Below are positions 37,689 to 50,127 of a DNA stretch of 64,000 nucleotides, piece by piece. The DNA lies in assembly GCF_004010195.1 (NCBI RefSeq), contig NC_057753.1:5698367-5762366 (forward strand). Reading direction: 5' to 3'. Each line of letters begins with the position of its first letter. The first letter of the stretch is position 1. The stretch is from Chiloscyllium plagiosum. Taxonomy: Eukaryota. The translations under genes and the position numbers were made by a program. The notes beneath the pieces were generated by a model, which saw only the letters and a list, made by a program, of their open reading frames with translations, searched no databases and was not told where the DNA came from.

Positions 37689-39691
37689 CTAGCGTTTCCA
37701 ATCCATACGTTTCTAATTGTCTGTTTAACTTAAATGTCAACTAGTTCCAGCTTCCACCTTAATCAATATTATCTATTGGCCCTTAAGAAAGGAATGTTTC
37801 ATGATGAAATGGTCCTAGATTTCAATGGTGGCCACAAAGTTTGCGATGATTGCACCTAAATTGGGTAATGGGTCTGCAGGAGTAGATATAAGGTTAGCAC
37901 TTTATCAAGGTTTTACAATTTAGTGCTAATGCATTGGGATGGTCGTCAATTGGGAGTTGCCACAAGTTAAGGCCAGCTACTAGCATTGACCTAGAAACAA
38001 AAGAAAATGGAATGGAAAAAGATAGATTTTCCTGAACTCATTAATGTCGGTGGAGATGTTCTGCTTCCCGCTGCAGTGGATCAGAGGGGTTTATTGTTCG
38101 GTCATAGTGGGCAAACGAGATAATAACATGGAAACCGGTCTGCAGAGTGATATTAGAGAAGGTGAGGAACTGTGTCATGGTTCCACAGACTTAAATGTCT
38201 GCAGATTTCAAACATGTACCAGGGCTCTCAAGCCTTCAGGCCTGGTGTGTGCACAATATAAAACTTTCATCTTGAATTCAATGAAATGGGGTTGATGTGA
38301 TCAGCAGGAATTGGGCCCAGATCATTCTTTGCCAGAGCAGTGTCAGGTCCACTTTTCACTACAGTGCACTGTTAAGGTATCAGTGGTTCTTGCACAGTCA
38401 GTGCTGAGAGGACATGAAAGGATCATGCCTTTTGCACCATACCTTCGTGAATATAGGGGTCACATGCATGTGTCTGTGTCTGTGAGTGTGTAGGTGAGAG
38501 AGGGAGAGTTTTGAGTAACCTTGTGTTTCTCTTCATGTATGTTTACTGGGTGCTTATGAGGTTGCATATTAGCAAGGGAAAGAAGGCTAAGACGCAAATG
38601 GAAATACATGGCAGTGTGTTATCTTCACAGCTCAGAAGGAAATGGCTTTATGGCTGCAAAGAAAGGAGGTAGGGTAGGACCATTTACTAATGATGATACA
38701 GATGGGAAGCCCAAGCGATTGAATTAACAAATGGATAGGCTGGAGAGGCATGTTGTGGGTCGAAAGGTTTAGTGTTCATCTGTGCACCGCAGGGAGCCAT
38801 GATCTAAATATTAAACCGTCAGAACCTGAGTGTCCTCTCTTCACTTTTCTCTCTCTTGCAGGTTATGAAAACTGTATCTGGATTCTGAGTCTGTGGAACA
38901 TTCCTGTACTACTTAAGGCAAGAAAGAGATTTCAAAGTGCATGTTGTGTAATTGCTGTGAATTTGCAACCTGTTTAAATCCCCACATTTATAGGGCAAGG
39001 AGTGTCGTGGGAGTGATAATAGGACCAGAAACAGACAGAGATGGTTCCAGCTATTCACATTATGAAAAGTGAATGAGTGTTAGGGAATACTTAGCTTGAA
39101 GTTGATGAACTGCCTTGAAATTATAATGAAGGTCACAGTGCAATTTATTGCAAATAAGTGTGTAGAGTTCTGGTGATAGATTCAAAAGGCATGTGAAGAT
39201 GGTGCAGAACTTCATCCAGACAGAAAGAGTAGCCAGAATTCTGACTGTAAAAAGGAAATGAGTGCAGCCCTTTTCAGTATGCCCCCAATCTATAAATGTT
39301 TAAACATACAAACCAATAAATAATCATAAATATAAATAATTCAATCGACCCATTAATCCATCAAATGATTCAGCAACCATTCAATCAATGAAACCATGAA
39401 TGCTGTTTTGTCTGTCTGACTAAGCATCATCTGATTACTCTGCCTTCGCGACCAGTTCTTACCCCTTGCAAAAGGGAATGGATCACGTCTGAACAACTAT
39501 GGCTCAGATATTCAGAAATTACCTGAGAATAATTAATTTTCTGAATGTGGGGTATGCCATGTTCGTTAATCTTTCTTAAACCCCCACTTTGGGTGAAGAT
39601 TGAACACACATATTAACGTATATGCCATGGTAAGTAGGTGAACATGCTGGACAATAATTTACAGCTAGTGAAGTTTTGCCTATCTTCAGAT

Positions 39692-40596
39692 TTAGGGCGT
39701 TTGAATGAATAGTCTCAGCGGATATTTCAGCCCATTCCTTAACTCGACTCTGATTTTCCTTTGGGTCCCAGCATAAATGAATGGATTGACGCAGCAAGTC
39801 AAGAAGACAAGCATGAATCCGGTTTCTTCAAGAAGGAATGATTCTTCACTAAAATCGGATCCTGAAAAGTAAGCAACTTTAGCAACTCGGACATAGATAA
39901 TCGTTATTACAAATAACAAATAGAACAGGATAAAACTGCTGGAGATGGTGAAAAGTAAAACAATTGATTTTCTTCGCTTTTCCATTTCGGGATCACCATG
40001 ATTCATCCTGTTGTTGTGGACCCGCAGTCTCCTGCGGGCTCTGTTAGCCAATACAATGTGTCTGACGGTCAGAATATTCAGAAGTAAAATCAGAATAAAG
40101 GGGAGACAAGGGTTTACAATAGGCCGCATCCAGTCATATGCAGCCCAAGCTGGTGAAGTGTAAAATATTAACTTTCCACTACAAAACCAAGGTATATTGT
40201 CAACTATGTACATGGGTTCGTATACAAAATACAAAAAGGCATTTTTTATACAGGTCAGTGCAGATACAATTCCGATCACACGCAATGCCACCTTCTCTGT
40301 GCAATATTTTGTTTTTAGCTTCTGGCAACAAATAGCCACAAATCTATCAAAGGTGAAAGCCACTGTGAACCAGGCAGAGCTGTCAATAGCTGCATAATTA
40401 AAGGCCAAGCGAAGGCTGCATACTGGGGTGATAAACAGGAAGCTGTATGGGAAATAAATCCCAGCAATCCGGTTTAATATTACAGCAGTGACTATGAGCA
40501 TGAGATCCGTTATTGCCATGGACACCAGATAGTAGATAATACACGCAGAGAGACCACATCTCCTTCGACACAGGATTATAATCACTGCCAGATTAG
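39692..40596 (-). CDS. GPR139/GPR142-like class A GPCR, copy 1, exon 2 (301 codons + stop)
   Basis: Open frame with 7TM hallmarks ANLAVIIIL, MAITDLM, FTFDRFVAIC, CLPF, CVNPFIY; acceptor tctcccttgctttgtctattccAG at 40598-40597, phase 1. Confidence 0.92.
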
Positions 40597-42719
40597 CTGG
40601 AATAGACAAAGCAAGGGAGATAGACTGTCTGCCATGTAGAATGTATGTGAGACACTGCAAAACGTCAAATTGCATATTTGACTCCAAATGAAATTATGCA
40701 TTTTACCGATACAGTGTATATTTTTGTGATATGATCTTGAATTTTACAGCAGTGATATTAATGTGTGTCAACGACAATTGAATCGACAAAGACAGATATT
40801 GGAAGACTAAGAAAAAATATAAACTCATTGAACAAAACACAAATTCAAATACAGAAGAAATAATCTGATGACATCACATAATTGATGAAAACTTTAACGT
40901 GTTTATATATCAAAACATTCAATATGGAGACTATCAAACTCGTGGGCAATGTCTCAGTGGTGATCAAATATGGGTCCTTCGGATTAATTGATGTGAAATT
41001 GTTCACTTTGGCCAACGTTGGCATTCAATTTACTCAGCAATACTGTCGGCATCCACCACTTTACTCCCACAGTCCTAGGATGTGCAGGAGAACTGGACTG
41101 GCCATGCTAAAATGCCTGTATTGTCCAGGAATACGCAAGCGAGGTGGACTACTTACGGTAAAAATAGAGTTAGAGGAATAGTCTGGTGGCATGGTCTTTG
41201 CGGACTTAATGGGTAAATGGCTACTTTTCGCACTGTGTGGACAGTCGTGATTCTATGAATACGTTCAAACAGAATGAGGTGAATGGCAATTAAATTTGTC
41301 CAACAATGCAGAGAATATCGGTTTCTGGAAACTAATGAAATGCTGAAATTTTCTCCGAATTACTTGGGATTTTTGGTGTCGATGTGGACCATTGGACATG
41401 ACAGGTATTGCAGTCTAATTCAGATATATTGAATTCTACGATGTAATGCTTGCTTGGTGGGACATTACGTGGTACAAATAACTGATCAACGTCATTCTGT
41501 TATGGATAATTAAAACAGAGACCATGCAAGAGGTATTACCAGCTGGAAAGCATATTTAATGCAGAGAAACGGTAGAATATTTGAACGATGTGAAATAATG
41601 TCCAATTCTAGGAAGAGAAGGAAATCTCAATTCAGAGTAAGAAATCCAAAATCTTCCGTGATAGTGCATGTGGAAGAGGAGAGATGGGTTGAAGAGTGAC
41701 TATTAGAGACTGAGGACAGAAATATAGCCCTATGAGGTTCGGACAAGCACGAACCAGTCAGTGTAAGGAGCTGTTCACCTTTCAATGCTTAATGATACAC
41801 CTTCAACAAATTCATCCGGAAACTGATTGAGATAGCTGGAAATAAGATGAAAGATGGCATTTAACCTATTCATATACATTATGAATGTACATTGCGTGGG
41901 CCCGAAACAAAATGGAATGAGATCCAAATTTGGAATTTCTGGTCAATGAGCAAAAATGCTACTCACAATGGTGCAAGACCCATCAGACGAAGACAATTTT
42001 CTGGTTTCAAACAAACGTATCAGTGATAAATTTGATATTTACGGTGTCACTGTCAAAACCAATGCTGTAATAGATCTACACTCACTCCGTGATATCATTT
42101 GAAGAATTCACTCATCGTGAAGTCGTGGACTCGTTAACATTAAGGGCATTTAAAAGAGCATTGAGTAAACACACGGTTGAAAATGCAATAGTGTAGGTAA
42201 GATGGCCTTCAGATTGGTTGCACAGGTCGGTTCAATACCGAGAGCAAAAGGGCCTGTACCACGTTGTGTTGTTCTATGTTTTATGTGACAATAGAAATAA
42301 CACCATGGGTCCACATCAGCATGCTAATTACGGTACAGTCATTCGCCACATGGACTGTGTGAAAAATACAGCATTCCTCATTTGCATGGAAATAATAATT
42401 TGATAGGCACTTTTAGTTGCAACACTGACAACATTTGCAACACAGCTTTAATCGTGTATGAGAATTTATCTACAGGAATCTTGCCAGTGCCACAATGCAA
42501 CTGGGTTCACATCAAAATTGATGAGCCTAATTCGGCAGGAGGAGGGGCCACAGACTGTAAGCAGAATAAGGGCGCCGCATTGTATGGGAAACAAACAAGT
42601 CAATGAGAGTGCAAGGATATCAATTTTTTAGGGGCTAAGGCATGGCTGGTTGGCTTTTACTTTAGTTCTGAAAGTATCACAGACAAGCAGATGACCTAAA
42701 GTCATGAAAGTCTGCGATA

Positions 42720-44560
42720 GTAATCATCCCAACGACGTAGATAAGGGACGAGCAGGATTGATAATCTAACGTTCCAGGATATAGAAGCTCCAGGCGACAT
42801 ACAACGGGATAAAAGAGGGGAAGGTTTTGCAGTACTATTTAAGTAGTCAATTACTACAATAACGAGACATGGGATAATGGAGGGTGTATTGTTGCTTTTG
42901 TGGATACAGCATAGGAATTAAAAAGTGTCATCTGTATTCTAAGGTGTTTATTATAGACTTCCAGAGTGTGGGCAGGAAACTGATGAGCACATTTGAACCC
43001 AATATATGGAGGTGCGTAAAAATAAAAACAAAAGGGGCAGTGATTTCAAGGTTCCTATCATTAACTGCTATATAGACACAGTGTTAAGGAATTGGATGGA
43101 GTGGATTTCTGGAAATGTGTGGACAAGAAGTTTCAGAGTAATATGCACAGAGTGCAACAAGGTATAAAGTTGTTTTGGACCTAATTCTGGGGAATGAAGC
43201 TGGACGGGTAATGCAGGTGGTGAGGTGAGGGGGTGGGTGAGAGCATTTTAATGACAGCGATCAAAGCATGGTAAAAAGTAAGCTTCTTCTGGCCAAAAAG
43301 TACACAGACAAGTTAAAAAAAAGGACGTTGTGGATGAGGAGCGAGCAGCGTTTAGTTAAATAAGGAAGAGTCATACCAAGCGAGATGGTGGAGAAGAGCA
43401 TCTCGATCCGTTCAAAAGGAAATGGGGAGGAGAGAAGCTCAGAATTCTCCTTCTAGGGTGCTAAGAAGATTAACAAGCCTAGAGACCTGTGGATGGCATC
43501 AGAGCGAGGACATGCCTTTCAAATTTGATCTTTTTTTGAGGGTATGTCCAGGTGTGTACACGAAGGTAGTGGAATTGATGTGCTTTATATGGATTACATC
43601 AAAGCTTTTGACAATGTCCCACATCGTTAACTTATCAAGAAGGCCAATGCACATGGGATACAAGTCAATTTGATCAAGTGGTTCAAAATTGGCTCATATG
43701 CAGGAGATTAGTCGAGAAGGTTGGGTCACACGATTTCCAAAGAGTGCTAGCTGATTGGATTCAAACTTTCCTCGATTGTAGGACTCAGAGCGTGATGGTT
43801 GAGGATTGTTTCTTGGACTGGAGGCCTGTGACTATTGTTGTGTCAAAGGGGTAGGTGCTGAGATCTTTGAATTCGTTATTTACATAAATGATCTGGATGT
43901 GAATGTACAAGACATGGTCAGTAAGTTTACAGATGATACAAAATGAGGATGCATTGTTGATAATGAGGAAGACTATTAAAAATTAGAGGACCTTGGTCAG
44001 ATGGGGAAGTGGGCTGAGGATTGGCAAACGGAATTCAGAACAGAGAAATGTGATGTGCTGCACTTTGGAAAGTCAGACCAAGTTAGAACTAGTACAGAAA
44101 ATGGTAAGTTCCTGAGGAGTAAGAGAAAGTGAGGGCTGAAGGTGCAGGAGGTCAGAGTCAAAAGGCGTGGTGCTTGAATAGCACAGCTAGTCAGGCAGCA
44201 TCTGAGGAGCAGGAGAGTCAACGTTTTGAGAATAAGCATTCCTGATGAAGAGCTGATGTTCGAAACGTCGACTGTCCTGCTCCTCGGATGCTGCCTGACC
44301 GGCTGTGCTTTTCCAGCGCCATAGTTCCTGAGGAGTGTTGTCGAACTGAGGAGAACATGTACATTGTTCGGAGAAAACGGCTTCACGGGAAACAAAGCGG
44401 TGAAAAGGGATTGAGCGTGCTGGCCTTCATCGTTCAAGGCGTTGAGTAAAGGAAATGGAACATTGTGTTACAGTTGTCTCAGTTATTTGTGAGGTGGTAC
44501 TTAGAGTATGTTATCCATGTTATACAAAAGACATTGTTAAACCTAAATATATTACAAGAA
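42720..44560 (+). mobile_element. Old CR1 ORF2 fragments within the GPCR intron (endonuclease part shared with paralog 63090-64000)
   Basis: LDLILGNEAG, YINDLDVNV..KFTDDTK, WQTEFRTEKCDVLHFGK. Confidence 0.75.
44121..44322. mobile_element. Inverted pair of short Penelope-derived units with a hammerhead (44238-44273, plus)
   Basis: 14-bp TSD AGTTCCTGAGGAGT (44107-20 / 44323-36); CTGATGA-A-GAGC-TGAT-GTTC-GAAAC-GTC. Confidence 0.85.
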
Positions 44561-44830
44561 TGTATACCCTTAATTCAGAGAAAATGAAATCATCAAATTG
44601 AATGAACTATAAACTAACTAGAGGCGTTAAGACATTGAAGGCATAAAATAAATCTTCTGAACACCAACACATCAGACTAATGAAGTAAATCTACTGAGGA
44701 AGTGGAATAATGCATCACATGAAACAGGACAAAGAATAAAGACTCTTTGAAGATGGATGACTGTTAAAGTGGGAGAATAGATACAGCTAACCAATGATTC
44801 CCGCAGCGAGTAACTAACTACAATAATTAC

Positions 44831-44900
44831 CTGGAAGGCCAATAGCTGCAAGGACGGGGTAGTAAATGGCAAAGACCAGCCCTCTTGGTATTCCATGCAT
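44831..44900 (-). CDS. GPR139/GPR142-like GPCR, copy 1, exon 1 (MHGIPRGLVFAIYYPVLAAIGLP + 1 nt)
   Basis: 70 nt ATG..CCAG|GTAATT; phase-1 donor matches the exon 2 acceptor; completes TM1 (YYPVLAAIGLP-ANL, cf. human GPR139 YYSLLLCLGLP-ANI, recalled). Confidence 0.88.
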
Positions 44901-44951
44901 TTCTAAGATAAGCTCTGACCGTGTCCAACACAACATTGAACACCTGGCAAA

Positions 44952-44957
44952 TTTATA
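44952..44957 (-). promoter_or_regulatory. Candidate TATA box of GPCR copy 1
   Basis: TATAAA on the minus strand ~52 nt upstream of the ATG. Confidence 0.5.
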
Positions 44958-45319
44958 CAAGGTTTCAGCCTCCAGGGAGCTAATTAAACTGTTTTGTTTT
45001 TACAGTAACCAATTTACTGTAAGGAAAGAGGCGGCATCAACTATTGCTCAGCTGGTCCTTATGTTTTGACAGAGTAGTTTTTTTTTCATAGAACCAGGAT
45101 GTGTCTAAAAGAATGTACGGCATAATTCAGTTAGTATTTCGTTTTCTTTGAAAAAAGATCTAGTTGTTTCGATGCTGGAAACAGACCAAATCAAGGGGAT
45201 TAACCACTGACTTCAGTCAGAAACGCACATTTTTCTTGAAAAACGCAAGAAAGTTCAAGTAGACTGTTCTCAGAGAGTGTGATCACCAATCCGGCACAAT
45301 GTGTTTCTCACTCTCTGTG

Positions 45320-46070
45320 AGCATAACTTAGACACTTGGAGAAGAACAGAGGATGCAAGGGCGCAGAATGCACTCTGGCCGGGGATTTCAGTGTTTGACA
45401 TGAAGAGTGACTCAGCAGCAGCAGCTTTCAGATCGAACTGGTTGTTTCATAATGTCCATGATTGCTAAACTAGTTTGTGACTAATGGGGAGTGAACCAAC
45501 CAGAGGGAAATACATATTCGACCTCATCCTTGGCAACTGCAGATGCATTTGTCATGACAGTATCAGTAAGAGTGACCACCGCACAGTCCTTGTGAGGGTA
45601 AGGTAGTGCCTTCACATTGAGAATGCTCTCCATGGTGTTGTGTAATACCATTATCGTACTAAATGGGACAAGATTTGTTCATATCCACCAATTCAATTCT
45701 GGGCACCAGGAGGCGCTATGAGCATCAATAGCAGTCGAATGGCACTCCAGCGCAATTTTCAAACTCATTGCACGTCATGTACCCCAATCAACCATTGCAA
45801 TTAAATCCAGTTCAATGGAGAGTGCAGGAGGGCACTGCAGGAGCAGCACCAAAAATATATAACAATGAGGTGTATCCTTGGTTAAGCTACCATATTGGAC
45901 ATGTTGGTCAGAATGGAACAGTTTGGGACAAAGTGCCTTTCACCGTGCTGTAGGACTCTATGACTACATGATTATTTGTACATGAAAGCAGCATCAGCAG
46001 CAAGTGATAGTCAGAACGAAACAAGCTAACAACCAGTAATCTAAACTCTGCTATTTCATTCACCTCTGGA
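45320..46070 (+). mobile_element. Old CR1/L2-group LINE fragment (endonuclease region)
   Basis: AGDFSV, PTRGKYIFDLIL, SDHRTVL motifs. Confidence 0.6.
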
Positions 46071-47209
46071 GGAATGGAGGCAGTGTTGTGCTTTCTTAAC
46101 AGTAATCTCAAACTGGGTTGACCAGGACAGATTGTTGGTGATCAGCACTTCTCAGGGCTCGAGCATCTCCACCTCAGCACCATTGACGTATATAGCCCCT
46201 TGCCACCACCCACCCCCACCCCTAAGGCACCAATGACCAGTGCTTTCGTCTTGCAGACATTCAGGGACCAATTGGTATTTTTACACCATGTGTGCATGTA
46301 CTCTATCTTTTACCTGTATTCTTTCTCGTCTTTGTTCGTGATCTTGCTTATGATGGCGGTATCATCAATGATCTTCTCGATGGGGCTAACACAGAATGTG
46401 GTCACACAGTCATTAGTACAGAGGCAGCGTAGCAAAGGGAGTGGAGTGGCGAATTTGAAGATTATTGTGCGGAAAGTGTGGGTGCCCATTCTCACTGATT
46501 GCTGTCTGTGGTCAGGAAGTCAAGGGTCCAGTTTTAGAGGGCGAAATAGAGGTCTCAAAGTCTGGAGATTAGTTTCGTTGGAATTATGGCATTGATGGTG
46601 GAAATTTAAGTCAATAGGTGGGAGCCTGAGTTAGTTACGCTTGTTATTTAGGAATGAGTGCAGTTCCAGGTAGATTGAATCTGTCAGGTGGATCTGTTGT
46701 CATGGTAGGTGAATTGCAAGCGATCAAGGTAGGCTGGGAGACTAGGGTTGATGTGAGCCTTGACTAACCTCTTGTAGCACTTTATAATAATGGAGGTCAG
46801 CGGCACTGGGCTGCAGTCACTGGGAATACTGAAGAAGGTTTCTGTGGCACTGGGATGATGGCGATGTTCTTGAAGCAGGTGGAGTCTTCAATTCATAATA
46901 AGGGGAGGTTAGAAATCTCAGCAAAATGCCCTTCAGCTGGTATGCACAGGATCTGAATGCATAGCCAGAGACTCCACCTGGGCCCATCGCTTTAGTTAGG
47001 TTCCCTCTCAAAAAGGCCTCTCTGTGTCTACTGCGGGAACTGGTGGAAAAGGTATGTCGAAGTCTGTGGGGGGAGGGGACATCATTTGAATGACTTACTG
47101 GAGCATAAAATGCGTTTGGCCCATTAGGAGGGATGTGTTTTTGTCTGATATTCTGTTCCATTCTGCTCTGTAGCACATTTGGTCACACAAGCCTTCCCAC
47201 AGATGGTAC

Positions 47210-47858
47210 TGTAAGAAATGGGGAAGTGTGTTGTTTTTGCAGAAATACAAAAATCAAGAATGTGTATGTGTAGGAAAGGAGTACAAGAAAAATATCAGTT
47301 AAGCAAGCATTAGGGAAATGTATCTTTATCTTTAATGTATAATTATGGATAATTGAGTTCTAACTTTAGTGCAGAACTATTAAAGCAAATAATTTATTTC
47401 ATCATAATGTTTTAAATTATTGTTTCAGCAAAATAGCTGAGATAACTGAAACGCATAAATTAGGCATGAAAAAGATACATTGTTAAAACGTATGTTCAAG
47501 AATGGAATGAACCTTTGGACAATGGAAGATGTTACAAGCAAAGTAAAAAGAACATCAAGATACAAGTTTAGCCTTATGTCAGCACTTACAGGGGGAAAGG
47601 TTGCCAACTTGGAGAGAAGGGGGCAATAAGGGCGGAGCACAGCTGGACAGTGGTAGAATACAATACGAAAGATTGGATAATGTCGGTGTCGGCAGAGATG
47701 ACCTCACGCAGCTCAAAGGTATAACTGTGTAAGAATTTGAATGTTCATTGCTCATTTGCTCCTGCATTTGATGCCCTTTCTTGCAAGATCGTAGAATAAA
47801 TTGTCTTGTCTCCAGTTTTGGTGGTCTCGTCTACATTTTATTAAACATGTTTCTAACA
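47210..47858 (+). repeat. ERV 5' LTR
   Basis: TG..CA; TATAA ~47720; AATAAA 47795-47800. Confidence 0.95.
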
Positions 47859-47862
47859 GATT

Positions 47863-47880
47863 TGGGGGCTCGTCCGGGAT
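47863..47880 (+). promoter_or_regulatory. Primer binding site, tRNA-Pro
   Basis: TGGGGGCTCGTCCGGGAT, the canonical 18-nt tRNA-Pro PBS. Confidence 0.95.
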
Positions 47881-48422
47881 CCCATGCTCCGGTCACTTGG
47901 CATTTTTGGGAAAACGGAGAAGGTGCATGTCGCTGATTTCGTTGGTCTCTAGTTTCCCTCCTTGCCACGGTGTCTTGGGCGAGCATGATCTGGACTGGGA
48001 GACCTGGAAACAAGATGGGCAGACGCGGCGGGTTCGGTCGGGTGACTCTTGTGTGCACAAGATCCGGGTAAGAAAGGTCTTAAAGATTTACCCGGGCGAC
48101 CGGGGTAGGCAGGGGTATTTGCTGCCAGGTGGATTTATCCAGGGATCCGGGGAACCAGGGTTCTGGGCGACCGAGTTAGGCGAATCCGGTCAACCAGGGT
48201 AGGTAGCGGTAGTGGCTGCCAGGTGGATATATCCGGGAATTGCCGCGGGATGGGGCGCGCTGAAAAGACCAGGTAACTCTGTGCACAGACCAAGGTCAAG
48301 AAAATGGACCTATAAGTATTGCCTTGGTGGTCAGGGATGTACGAGAAGTACGGGGAATTGGCAACATATAAAATAAAGTATTTAATTGGCTAGATTAATC
48401 TGACGAGTAAGGTGTCTACCTG

Positions 48423-48549
48423 GGAGAAAGTGAGGACTGCAGATGCTGGAGATCAGGGCTGACAAATGTGTTGCTGGAAAAGCGCAGCAGGTCAGGCAAC
48501 ATCAAATGAACAGGATAATCGACGGTTCGGGCATAAGCCCTTCTTCAGG
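48423..48549 (-). mobile_element. Short hammerhead-bearing Penelope derivative inserted in the ERV leader
   Basis: 13-bp TSD AGGTGTCTACCTG (48410-22 / 48547-59); rc CTGAAGA-A-GGGC-TTAT-GCCC-GAACC-GTC (core GAAA>GAAC). Confidence 0.85.
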
Positions 48550-48703
48550 TGTCTACCTGATTCGACCACCCAGCCTTAGACCGATTGTTAAGAGGGGAAA
48601 TCCCCCACGCGAAGATCAGGACCCTGAAGTGGATGTGGAAGAAGGTGACACCGGACATCAGTAAGGTTAATTAAATTACACAAAGAAACGGCCGAGTATT
48701 AAA

Positions 48704-50127
48704 TTGGGAAATAAGAAGAGTCGTTTAAGTGTCGAAGCGGACATGAGAGGGACGTCCGAGGACCACATCCCAATGGTCAGTCCTTTAGGAAAAATGCTAA
48801 GAGATTGGAAATACAATCCTCGGACGCGAGGAAAGGATAAAAAACAAATGATAAAATGTCAGTTATAAAACAGCCTTACAGTCAGGAGGAATCAGATTAT
48901 GCTTCTTGTCAGAAGGGCTAGTAGCTGAAGGGCTACTGAGGGTACACTTCGTGACTAACTTATAGCCAGACATCCAGAAAAATATTCAAAAGATAGAGGA
49001 GTCGTTGTGGGAAGCTCAAAGTGTCTGTTAGATACGGTGCCTGTGTGTGTGAGAGAGAGAGAGAAAGAGAGAGAGAGAAAAAAAGCTGTACAGCTAACAG
49101 AAAGTTTAACCCTTTGTGATTCGGTTTGAATGCACATTTGTTTGTTGGTGATTGAATGTTTGTGCTTTGTTCCCTGGAGCTTGAGATCCGGGACTGTTTT
49201 GAATCCGATTTCTATTATAGAAATTTTAACATGATTTCTTTTAAGGTTAAGGATTTTACAGATTATGAAATAAAATGTTAACTACTGTTCTTTTTACACG
49301 TCATGACTGCCTTACTATCAGTTTCTAACTAATCTCTTTTATCCTTACATAAAAGCGATTTATGGAGGACAGTTGAAGTTTTAACTTGTATAGACAAATC
49401 CTTTTTAAGGCATCTCTGGTTATTTCACGACCTATAGCATTGCAATTGAGCAATGACTGCTCAGGGCTACTTGGGAGGACTAGTTTTGGATTTGAATCGG
49501 GGGACTGGAACCGGGTGGTTGTGGTGGATTTCAGAGTTGGGAACTGTGTGCATTTTGCATTTTGAATATTAAACACTGAATAAATGAATTTATAATATAT
49601 AAATATATATTTACAAGTAAGATTCCAAAATGTTTAGTTAGGAACAGGCTTTAAAGAAAAGCAAGCATAAATTGATATATTGTATTTGAGATTACAGGGA
49701 ACAAGAAATATTGCAATATTTCTTTTTTAAAAATCAAGGTCTAAACAAAACATTGGGTGACGAGGAATGGCCATGAGGTGGCCCGAAAGCTCTTCAGTTG
49801 GTTAAGTCGGCTCTGGCAACGTAACATGTAAAGCAGAAACAGAAGGCAAAATACTGATAGACACGGTTGATGAGGCAATAAAGGTAAGGACAAAACTAAA
49901 AGGAGAAGGAAACTGGAATGGTGGCGGGCAGCATGTTGAAAATAAAGGGAGGAGAAGGGATCGTGGAGCAGATGTTAAGGGGTCTGGTGGACAGGAACAG
50001 GGATCAAAGTGGAAATCCCCACAGGCGGGATGTTATTACTGTGGAAAGACAGGTCACTTTAAGAGAGTGTCCAGATCCGAAAAAGGAAGTAAAGGCAGTA
50101 CTGTTTATGAACCTTGATGAAAAATAG
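48704..50127 (+). pseudogene. gag: ERV gag remnant (MA start, NC knuckle; capsid replaced by unrelated sequence)
   Basis: (TTG)GNKKS..IPMVSPLGKMLRDWK..KDKKQMIK (48704-48858); CYYCGKTGHFKR/ECP (~50030-50075); TAG 50125-27. Confidence 0.8.

Noticed and set aside
36800..39000. Possible third GPCR copy or extra exon in the unique stretch
   Set aside because: No 7TM-like translation or convincing exon found on either strand
40597..40687. N-terminal 30 aa (MESNMQF..) of the 331-aa ORF as a single-exon gene
   Set aside because: Lies upstream of a good splice acceptor, is not frame-conserved in the paralog, and a better TM1-completing exon exists at 44831-44900
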